A stretch of DNA of 64,000 nt from an uncultured Candidatus Saccharibacteria bacterium (GTDB lineage Bacteria; Patescibacteriota; Minisyncoccia; Phycocordibacterales; UBA12088), in assembly GCA_964567265.1 (NCBI GenBank), contig CAZMLK010000001.1, forward strand, positions 395,723-459,722, read 5' to 3'. Position numbers and translations under genes: made by a program. Shown one piece after another: positions 57,147 to 64,000 of the stretch. Each line of letters begins with the position of its first letter. Within the stretch, counting starts at the first letter, position 1. Under the pieces are notes generated by a model. It saw nothing but the letters and a program-made list of their open reading frames with translations, was not told the origin of the DNA and did not search any database.

Positions 57147-57680
57147 TTGAGACCACGTCTGCAAATAGTAGATATAGGGAATCGGACGCACGCGACGATC
57201 ATAGCGGAAGCACGACGATTGTCGGTAGGCGTGGAGATGCGCGGCAAGGAGCGGACAGCATTTGTTGGCATCGAATTCGATCTCGGAACGCTTACGATGC
57301 TTTCTCCCTTGTTCCGGCACATGGACACTCTCGGGGACGAGCCGAGAGTTTATGTCTTCAATGAGCACCTTGAAGCACCAGATCTCTGCGTCATTTTTTT
57401 GACGCACACGACTGGCACCAAACTCTTAGAGGAGATCATGGGTCGAAACGACCTTGCAGGGTTTCAATCACCCCCAGATACGACAATCTTTGCGACCGCG
57501 GAGGCAAACATCCCGATGGCGGGGTCACTTGATGACTTCCTCGCAATCTATGCTGGCAGAGGATTTGCGAAAGTACTGATCCTCGAATCACTTGATCGGG
57601 TGTCCGAGCGCGTACCCTTCTACACGTTCCCTACAGCGCCCGTATCCAGACGCAACCCCCTGGATGAAATGAAAACCTAA
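57147..57680 (+). CDS. hypothetical protein (177 aa, TTG start)
   Basis: GGAGAGGAG Shine-Dalgarno motif upstream; bidirectional terminator right after the stop. Confidence 0.45.
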   Translation: MRPRLQIVDIGNRTHATIIAEARRLSVGVEMRGKERTAFVGIEFDLGTLTMLSPLFRHMDTLGDEPRVYVFNEHLEAPDLCVIFLTHTTGTKLLEEIMGRNDLAGFQSPPDTTIFATAEANIPMAGSLDDFLAIYAGRGFAKVLILESLDRVSERVPFYTFPTAPVSRRNPLDEMKT

Positions 57681-57718
57681 CCCCGACGAAGCCCCGGCTT
57701 CGTCGGGGTTTCTCTTTT
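57681..57718. terminator. bidirectional terminator (ccccgacgaagc-cccg-gcttcgtcgggg + TTTCTCTTTTC)
   Basis: 12-bp perfect stem between convergent genes. Confidence 0.75.
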
Positions 57719-57724
57719 CAAGAG

Positions 57725-58000
57725 CTATTCAATCGGGTCGACCGTGTCCACAAGCGCGGCTTCAAGGCTTACGATGCGCTCCCACGCATCCTTGTTACTC
57801 GCGGAGAGCGCGAGCATCTTCGCGGCGAAGGTCGCCTGGATGAACGGGATCACCCATGGATCCTTCTCGAACAGGTCCTTGAGGTGATCGAGCGTCTCGG
57901 CATCCTGTCCTGATTTGATCAACTCGAAGAGCATCTCCTTCTCATCCTCAAGGAGCGGGGATGTATCAATTGATTTCTTGATAGAGTCCAGCGTTTTCAT
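57725..58000 (-). CDS. small helical protein, member B1 of duplicated two-gene module
   Basis: 91 aa; paralog of 58746..59045 (shared KKSIDxSxLLxxEKExL ... PWxxxxxxxxxAAKxLAxxxxNxDA ... LVxxxxP). Confidence 0.5.
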   Translation of the reverse strand: MKTLDSIKKSIDTSPLLEDEKEMLFELIKSGQDAETLDHLKDLFEKDPWVIPFIQATFAAKMLALSASNKDAWERIVSLEAALVDTVDPIE

Positions 58001-58006
58001 ACAGTG

Positions 58007-58336
58007 CTATTGGAAATCAGCCGCGTTGATTTCGAGAGATTGCTCGCCTCCGAGCTTGGCAGCGACGAGCGATACCGGGTTCCCGTCCGCGTCGACGACG
58101 TAAGTAATCGTGACTTCGCGCCCCCCGTACGTGACGACACGCTCCGCGGTCTCTCTGCCGAACTCGAATCCACTGCTCCGCTCTGCTGCAGGAGCCGTGA
58201 GCGCCCGAAGGAGCGAGGTGAGTGCTGCGCGTTCAGGCTCGCCTTCATGCAACCCGAGCACTTCTGCTTCCGCGACCTCAAGCATGGCGGGGTCGAATTC
58301 GTTTGAATATGGGATTCCCTCTTTCATAGCGGACAT
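58007..58336 (-). CDS. small acidic protein, member A1 of duplicated two-gene module
   Basis: 109 aa, N-terminus M..EGIP..E..P like 59029..59508. Ends 7 nt before the B1 start. Confidence 0.45.
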   Translation of the reverse strand: MSAMKEGIPYSNEFDPAMLEVAEAEVLGLHEGEPERAALTSLLRALTAPAAERSSGFEFGRETAERVVTYGGREVTITYVVDADGNPVSLVAAKLGGEQSLEINAADFQ

Positions 58337-58468
58337 AGTACCAGTATCTCGGAATACTAGCGAACCGGATTTTCACCTGCAAGGTTCATGAAAAAAGCGC
58401 GGCCGGATTGACAGCACTCTTGAAAAACGTTTTTATCGCATATGGAACTTGTACGGAGGAGGTGTGTA

Positions 58469-58687
58469 ATGCGAATCCACGAACTGCCGGTGCCGACAAC
58501 TCCACATGTAGACACTATTCCCTCATCGGATTGTGGTCCTGGCGACGACGAAGGCTTGCTACGCCGGGATCCGAGCCAGTGCGATCATCTCTGGATACCA
58601 ACCACCGACGACGGCACGGAAGGCTGCCCGTTCTGCAGTTCTCAGAGGCGTGGAGAGCCGGTGATGGAAGTGCCCGACGAGAGATAG
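58469..58687 (+). CDS. small Cys4 zinc-ribbon-like protein (72 aa)
   Basis: GGAGGAGG Shine-Dalgarno motif 7 nt upstream of the ATG; promoter-like TTGACA-17-TTTTAT (58408-58436); Cys pattern CGPG...CDH...GCPFC; terminator downstream. Confidence 0.5.
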   Translation: MRIHELPVPTTPHVDTIPSSDCGPGDDEGLLRRDPSQCDHLWIPTTDDGTEGCPFCSSQRRGEPVMEVPDER

Positions 58688-58706
58688 AGAGTATTCGAGG
58701 ACCATT

Positions 58707-58738
58707 CACCGCTCCCAGGGGGCGGTGTTTTCTTTTTG
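58707..58738 (+). terminator. rho-independent terminator (caccgctccc-a-gggggcggtg + TTTTCTTTTTGG)
   Basis: Hairpin and T-run 20 nt after the stop of the zinc-ribbon ORF. Confidence 0.7.
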
Positions 58739-58745
58739 GAAAATG

Positions 58746-59045
58746 TTATTCGATGCTCGCGACCAGGTTCCGCTCGAATTCGAGGATGCGCATGAGCGCG
58801 TCGGAGTTCTCGTTCTCGATCGCAAGCGACTTCGCGGCGAGCGTCATGAACAGGGTCGAGACCATCCACGGATGCGCTTCGAGAAGTGCGGCGAGATCGG
58901 CGAGATACGTCTCTTCCAAATCGCCTTCAGTGAGCGCGACCAGCAAGGCCTCCTTCTCGTGCGGCAGGAGCTGCGACTCGTCTATGCTTTTCTTGATGCG
59001 TGCCTTTGGTTCCATGCAAATGTTGCCCTTAGACGAATGCAGCAA
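58746..59045 (-). CDS. small helical protein, member B2 of duplicated two-gene module
   Basis: 99 aa; paralog of 57725..58000. Confidence 0.5.
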   Translation of the reverse strand: MLHSSKGNICMEPKARIKKSIDESQLLPHEKEALLVALTEGDLEETYLADLAALLEAHPWMVSTLFMTLAAKSLAIENENSDALMRILEFERNLVASIE

Positions 59046-59508
59046 GATCGAGGACCATGTCCGGCATACCCACGCGCTTCACGACAATCTTCTCCGTCGC
59101 TTCGCCGCCGTCATCGGAAGCGAGCACGGTATGCTCGACCTGCGTTCCATCTTGATATTCCTGCTCGAGCGCGCTGTGGCGCTGATTGCCACCACCAAAC
59201 GCTTTCCTCAGTACGGGCGCGAGATTGATGCGGGTTGTCCTTCCGGGAATGTAATTCGGATTCTCCTTGTAATGCGTCACTGCTGGGCGGGATTCGAACG
59301 AGGATTTATATTCCACATGCATGCCGGTGCAGGCGCTGGTCATGAGCGCGAGCGCGCCAGCTGCCGCCAGCTTCAGCTTTGAATTGCCATGTTCCGCGAG
59401 ATTGGCCTCGCCTTCTGAAAAGTGCGCGAACGATTCCGTGAACGGACCTCTCTCGACATCAGACACTTCCGCTTCAATCGGTATTTCGTTTGGGATCCCT
59501 TCGTGCAT
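59029..59508 (-). CDS. small acidic protein, member A2 of duplicated two-gene module
   Basis: 159 aa; N-terminus MHEGIPNEIPIEAEV resembles A1; overlaps the B2 start by 17 nt. Confidence 0.45.
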   Translation of the reverse strand: MHEGIPNEIPIEAEVSDVERGPFTESFAHFSEGEANLAEHGNSKLKLAAAGALALMTSACTGMHVEYKSSFESRPAVTHYKENPNYIPGRTTRINLAPVLRKAFGGGNQRHSALEQEYQDGTQVEHTVLASDDGGEATEKIVVKRVGMPDMVLDLAAFV

Positions 59509-59521
59509 GATGTGTTCTCAA

Positions 59522-60826
59522 TTATGCGCACATCCTCGTGCGTTCTATATGAACGCCGATCGATCGGAGGCGTGCCTCGATGTTCGCGTATCCTCGGTCG
59601 ATGAAGTACGCGTTATTAATAGTCGAATTCCCTTTCGCTATGATACCGGCGATCAGGAACGCGAGTCCAGCGCGGATGTCCGGGCCGTCGACTTCCCTTC
59701 CCTTAAGGAGCGTTGGGCCCTTCACGGTCGCGCGGTGCGCATCCCATACCTTTATGTCGGCGCCCATGTGGACCAGATCCTGCGCGTAGTTGAGGCGATT
59801 CTCGTAGATCGTCTCGAACACCAGCCCCTCGCCGCTCGACTGCGTGAGGAACACCGTCATCGGCGCCTGGAGGTCGGTCGGGAATCCCGGATACTCATGC
59901 GTTTTCAAATCGAAGGAAGTAAAGTCCGAATTCGCAATCTTCCCGTTCCCGCTAATCTGAATGAAGTCGGCACCAATCTCCATCGGGACGCTGGCACTCT
60001 GGAGTGTCCGAATCACGCTCCACGCGTGATTCGGATTGCAGTTCGAAATCCGAAGATTGTCGGCCGCAAGCGCACCGAGGACGAGGAAGCTCCCCAGCTC
60101 AATGCGATCAGGAATAATGCGGTACTGCTTTCCCTCCGATTTCAGAAGCGCGCCGCCTTCGATCTCGATGGTCGGCGAACCAGCGCCGGTGATCTTGGCG
60201 CCACAGGAGTTCAGAAATTCAGCGAGGTCGGCAATCTCCGGCTCCATCGCCGCATTCCGAAGCGTGGTCTTCCCTTCTGCGAGCACTGCGGCAAGCATGA
60301 GCGCTTCGGTTGCGGTTACGCTCATTACCGTAAAAAATATATCAGCTCCGCGGAGCTTGCCGTCTTTCGCGGCAATCTCGTAGTGAGAATCATGTGTGGT
60401 AATCGTCGCACCCATCGCTTTGTACGCGGACAGGAAGAGATCGATCGGCCGCGGACCGATGACACACCCGCCTGGATGTGGAAAAGAGACTTTGCCGAAG
60501 CGGCCAAGAAGGGGTCCGGTCAAGATCACAGAAGCGCGCATGCGCTTGGCGGCGTCCGCATCGATGACGGTCTCGAACAAATCCTCCGTTGCAACCTCGA
60601 TGGTATCTCCCGATTGCGTGGTTCCTGCGCCGAGCTTTTCAAGAATCTCTCCCATCCGCTTCACATCCTCGATTACGGGAACATTCGTGAGTGTGAGCGT
60701 GTCCGAAAAAACGATTGCTGAAGCGAGCGCCGGAAGTACCGAATTCTTTGCGCCGCCGATCACCACTTCACCGGATAGGGTCTTCTCACCACCGAGGCCA
60801 GTGATATGGAATGATTCTTTGTTCAT
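59522..60826 (-). CDS. murA: UDP-N-acetylglucosamine 1-carboxyvinyltransferase
   Basis: MNKESFHITGLGGEKTLSGEVVIGGAKNSVLPALASAIV N-terminus, catalytic Cys region, EPT fold repeats. Start trimmed to the internal Met. Confidence 0.9.
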   Translation of the reverse strand: MNKESFHITGLGGEKTLSGEVVIGGAKNSVLPALASAIVFSDTLTLTNVPVIEDVKRMGEILEKLGAGTTQSGDTIEVATEDLFETVIDADAAKRMRASVILTGPLLGRFGKVSFPHPGGCVIGPRPIDLFLSAYKAMGATITTHDSHYEIAAKDGKLRGADIFFTVMSVTATEALMLAAVLAEGKTTLRNAAMEPEIADLAEFLNSCGAKITGAGSPTIEIEGGALLKSEGKQYRIIPDRIELGSFLVLGALAADNLRISNCNPNHAWSVIRTLQSASVPMEIGADFIQISGNGKIANSDFTSFDLKTHEYPGFPTDLQAPMTVFLTQSSGEGLVFETIYENRLNYAQDLVHMGADIKVWDAHRATVKGPTLLKGREVDGPDIRAGLAFLIAGIIAKGNSTINNAYFIDRGYANIEARLRSIGVHIERTRMCA

Positions 60827-60867
60827 GTCGGAACAATTGTACGGGCAGGCGAGACTTGGCACAAATC

Positions 60868-60902
60868 GCCCGCCGGTTGGGCCCTTGGCCCAACCGGCGG
60901 GC
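60868..60902. other. 16-bp perfect GC-rich hairpin (gcccgccggttgggcc-ctt-ggcccaaccggcgggc), no U-tract
   Basis: Perfect inverted repeat in the murA/priA divergent spacer. Confidence 0.5.
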
Positions 60903-61255
60903 GTCCCTTGCACTATCCCCACACTTGTTGCCTAAACCGCTCTATGCTACATTGACGACGTAGCAGACAACGGAGGTATGCTCATTATGTTGAGCTTGCG
61001 GTCGACTTATCGTGCCGATACCCACCTCCCCTCGAAGGAGACCGATTTCGTCCAGGAAGCCCTGGATATTCCACCGAGAGACCCGCTCTTCGATCATCCA
61101 ATCGGCGATTAACGCTAATCGCCCCACGCCGACCCGCACTCGTGCGGGTCTCACCTAGAGGGTGAACGGGCTCTGTTTCTCCCCGTTCAAAGCCTTCGGC
61201 CCTGCTGACCCATTTTTGGTCAGCAGGGCTTTCTACTTTCAGGTATGCTAGGAAG

Positions 61256-63154
61256 ATGCGCCTTTTGCACGTCTATCCCATCTCAAGGGGTATCGCCAAG
61301 GATGAACTGACCTATTTCACGTCAATCGAGGCGGCGCCCGGTTCGATTGTCTCTGTCCCGCTCCGCTCGAAGACCATCCCCGCGCTCATCATCTCCTCCG
61401 AGGACGTGAGCGACGCGCGCGCCGAGCTCCGGCAATCCGATTTCGCGCTCCGGAAGATCGCGGCCCGTTCAGCGCGCGCGCTCTTCTTCCCCGCCTACGT
61501 CGATGCGATCCTGAGGTCGGCTGAATACTATGCGGCCGCGCCCGGCGCGCTCTTCGCTGCGACCATCCCCTCGACCCTTTTCAAGGAACCCTTGAAGCTC
61601 TCGCTTCCCGAAAAAATCCTTGAGAGCAGGACGGGCGGCGTCATCGGCGAGAAGCTGATCTTCCAGGGCGGCCCGACCGAGCGCCTCGAGCATCATAAGA
61701 ATCTCGTACGGGAAGAATTCGCGCGGAACCGCTCCGTATTCATCCTCGTGCCGACCGTGCGCGACCTCGAGCGGCTGGATGTATTCCTTTCCCGCGGCAT
61801 TCCTGACTTCGTCTTCGCACTCCATGGCTCGCTTCCGGAAAAGGAAATGCGCGCGCGCTGGAACAAGGCGGTGACCCTCGACCATCCCGTCGTCATCATC
61901 GGGACGGGATCATTCCTCTCGATTCCCCGCTCTGACATCGGCACCATCATCGTCGAGCGCGAGAGCGCAGGCTCGTACAAAGCGATGTCGCGCCCGTTCA
62001 CCGACATGCGCGTCGTCGCTGAGCGTCTGGCAGAAGCCCTCCACGCACGGTTCATCCTTGCGGATCTGCCGCTCCGGGTCGAGAGCGTCCACCGCTTCCG
62101 CGTCGGCGATTTCGACGAGCGCACGCCGATCCGCACGCGCGCCGTGGCCACCGCCGAGGCGACGCTCGTCGACATGCGGGAGGAGAAATCACCAGACAAG
62201 AAGGAGAAGTTCGTCGTGCTCAGCCAGACACTGATCAATGGAATCAAGGAGACCCTCGCGGCAAAAGAGAATGTCTTCCTCTTCACGGTGCGCCGCGGCA
62301 TGTCCCCCCTCACCGTCTGCGAGGACTGCGGGAACACGGTGCTCTGCGACGTCACGAAGACGCCGGTCACGCTCCACAAGGGGCCGAAAGGAAATGTCTT
62401 CGTCTGCCATTCCTGCGGCGCGATCCGTCCGGGCGACGAGCGCTGCCGGTTCTGCAATTCGTGGCGCCTGCAGTCGCTGGGCATCGGGAGCCAATTCGTT
62501 GAAGAGTTGGTGCGGAAGACCTTTCCAGAAGCAGAACTTTTTGCAATCGACCGCGATCGCACGAAAACCCATCGCGAAGCGACGAAGGTGGGCGAGAAAT
62601 TTGCCGCCGCGGAAGGAGCGATTCTCCTTGGTACAGAGATGGCGCTTCCGTATCTCCCTGACACCGTGGCACTCGCCGGCGTCGTCTCCATCGATTCCCT
62701 GCTCTCGCTTCCCGAATGGAACGCGTTCGAGCGCGTGTTTGGCATCATCACGCGCCTCCGGAGCGCAGCATCGAAGAAGCTGATCCTCCAGAGCCGGAAG
62801 ACCGAAGCCGATGTGCTCGAGTTCGCGCTTCGCGGCAATACCAGCGATTTTTATAAGGGCGAGCTCGATGCGCGGAAACAGTTCGGCTATCCGCCGTTCA
62901 CGATGTTCATAAAGATCACTTGCGAGGGAACTGCGGCCAAGGCATCATCCGACATGAAAGACGTCGAGAACGCATTCGAGCCCTATGGTTTCAGCGGCCG
63001 TTCGCACCTCATGCATACCGGCAAAGGCCGCTACGTGGTCCACGGATTCCTCCGCATCCCCAAGAAGGACTGGCCGAATCCAGAAATTGTTTCACTGCTC
63101 CGCTCCCTTCCCCCGCATATCACGGTCACTGTTGACCCTGACAGTATTTTGTAG
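61256..63154 (+). CDS. priA: primosomal protein N' (PriA)-like protein with degenerate ATPase motifs
   Basis: PriA-like N-terminal DNA-binding region and the Cys-rich zinc region CEDCGNT...CHSCGA...CRFCNS. Conserved blocks LHGSLPEKEMRARW and VIIGTGSFLSIP match PriA motifs II/III. Walker A is replaced by QGGPTERLE and DEEH by ERES. Confidence 0.7.
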   Translation: MRLLHVYPISRGIAKDELTYFTSIEAAPGSIVSVPLRSKTIPALIISSEDVSDARAELRQSDFALRKIAARSARALFFPAYVDAILRSAEYYAAAPGALFAATIPSTLFKEPLKLSLPEKILESRTGGVIGEKLIFQGGPTERLEHHKNLVREEFARNRSVFILVPTVRDLERLDVFLSRGIPDFVFALHGSLPEKEMRARWNKAVTLDHPVVIIGTGSFLSIPRSDIGTIIVERESAGSYKAMSRPFTDMRVVAERLAEALHARFILADLPLRVESVHRFRVGDFDERTPIRTRAVATAEATLVDMREEKSPDKKEKFVVLSQTLINGIKETLAAKENVFLFTVRRGMSPLTVCEDCGNTVLCDVTKTPVTLHKGPKGNVFVCHSCGAIRPGDERCRFCNSWRLQSLGIGSQFVEELVRKTFPEAELFAIDRDRTKTHREATKVGEKFAAAEGAILLGTEMALPYLPDTVALAGVVSIDSLLSLPEWNAFERVFGIITRLRSAASKKLILQSRKTEADVLEFALRGNTSDFYKGELDARKQFGYPPFTMFIKITCEGTAAKASSDMKDVENAFEPYGFSGRSHLMHTGKGRYVVHGFLRIPKKDWPNPEIVSLLRSLPPHITVTVDPDSIL

Positions 63155-63177
63155 GGCCATTCCCCGAATACGAAAAA

Positions 63178-63744
63178 TTGGCTAGAATCCTCCATATGAC
63201 CCCAAAGATAGTCCAGAAGGGCGACCCCGTGCTCGGAAAGAAAGCAGCCGAGGTCCCCATTTCCGAGATCACCTCGAAAAAGATCAAGAAGATCGTCGCC
63301 GACATGAAGGCGGCGCTTTCGAAGGAAGCGGATGGCGCGGCGATCGCCGCGCCGCAGATCGGGCACTCGCTCCGCATTTTCGTTGTGTCCGGCCGCATCC
63401 TCGCGAAGGACGATGGCAGCGAGGGCGTCGCTCCCGACATCACCTTCATCAACCCCGTCATTACCAAGCTCTCGAAGACCAAGAAGCCGCTCGACGAGGG
63501 CTGCCTCTCGGTCCGCGGCTACTATGGCATCATCGAGCGCTCGACCAAGGCGACCGTGAAAGCCTATGACGAGTGGGGCAAATCGTTCATGCGCGGCGGC
63601 AGCGGCCTCTTGGCGCAGGTGTTCCAGCACGAATGCGACCACCTCGATGGAATCCTTTTTGTCGAGAAGGCGAAGGATTTCTGGCTCGTTCCTGCCGAAA
63701 CCAAGGGCGGTAAGACGAAGAAATCCGCCGAAAAAAAGAAATGA
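63178..63744 (+). CDS. def: peptide deformylase
   Basis: GAAIAAPQIG, EGCLSV and HECDHL metal-binding motifs. Confidence 0.9.
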   Translation: MARILHMTPKIVQKGDPVLGKKAAEVPISEITSKKIKKIVADMKAALSKEADGAAIAAPQIGHSLRIFVVSGRILAKDDGSEGVAPDITFINPVITKLSKTKKPLDEGCLSVRGYYGIIERSTKATVKAYDEWGKSFMRGGSGLLAQVFQHECDHLDGILFVEKAKDFWLVPAETKGGKTKKSAEKKK

Positions 63745-64000
63745 TGAAGAATCTCAAAATCGTCTTCTTCGGATCGCCGCCCCTTGCGCAGATTACGCTT
63801 AAAGAATTGAAAGAAGCCGGGATCCTTCCGGTACTCATCGTCACGATGCCGGACGCGAGCGAGGGGCGGCGCGGCGAAGCGCTTCCCGCTCCGATCCGCC
63901 TCTGGGCGGAAGCGGAAGGTATCGACCTCCTCCAGCCCACTGATATCAATGACGAAGCGCTCCAGGACGCGCTCCGGAATACAGAATGGGACCTCTTCGT
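63741..64000 (+). CDS. fmt: methionyl-tRNA formyltransferase (5' part; continues past window)
   Basis: MMKNLKIVFFGSPPLAQITLKEL...PDAS N-terminal formyltransferase motif; the ATGA overlaps the def stop. Confidence 0.85.
   Translation, partial: MMKNLKIVFFGSPPLAQITLKELKEAGILPVLIVTMPDASEGRRGEALPAPIRLWAEAEGIDLLQPTDINDEALQDALRNTEWDLF

Noticed and set aside
1-64000. CRISPR arrays, rRNA genes, integrases, transposases, restriction-modification genes
   Set aside because: None seen: no regularly spaced direct repeats, no rRNA-like conserved blocks, and no ORF with recombinase, transposase or methyltransferase/endonuclease motifs. The tRNA-adjacent island therefore lacks an identifiable mobility gene in this window.

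Overview
This is a GC-rich bacterial chromosomal segment, densely coded, with many overlapping or abutting genes and GC-clamped 'ttcg/gaag'-loop terminator hairpins. The content points to a small-genome bacterium, but no taxonomic call is made. All calls are by eye from the translated ORFs and their motifs, and the positions of sub-ORF elements (trimmed gene starts, hairpins, promoter hexamers) may be off by a nucleotide or two because I counted them by hand.

Housekeeping content, left to right:
- 3' end of gltX, an M23 peptidase with a coiled-coil N-terminus, an EVE-domain protein, a LOG-family protein, gdhA, a DnaQ-like exonuclease, rpmA (L27), rplI (L9), ctpA, corA, cysS, dnaB, recR and rplU (L21).
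- rmuC, a P-type cation ATPase, a GatB/YqeY-domain protein, then a truncated cell-division cluster (mraZ-rsmH-ftsL-ftsI-murF).
- A class-I lysyl-tRNA synthetase, greA, the rod-shape cluster mrdA-mreD-mreC-mreB, proS, rseP, frr and holB.
- murA, a PriA-like protein whose ATPase motifs look dead, def and the 5' end of fmt.

Accessory or unusual content:
1. A tRNA-Glu-adjacent block (23.3-31.5 kb) of three very large secreted proteins. They are an SGNH/GDSL hydrolase with four copies of an unrecognised ~90-aa repeat domain and Thr/Gly linkers, a parallel beta-helix protein with two C-terminal peptidoglycan-binding domains, and a double-psi beta-barrel-like (RlpA/expansin-type) protein carrying three more copies of the same repeat. 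A low-GC gene of unknown function lies next to them.
2. A 936-aa TraD/VirD4-like P-loop ATPase with a long unknown N-terminal domain, immediately downstream of a second MreB paralog and a membrane protein (52.0-56.6 kb).
3. A cluster of small genes of unknown function that contains two tandem, paralogous two-gene modules and a Cys4 zinc-ribbon gene (56.7-59.5 kb).
4. At least one promoter-to-terminator bounded candidate small RNA (38.1-38.3 kb).

No CRISPR array, rRNA, integrase or transposase was seen.
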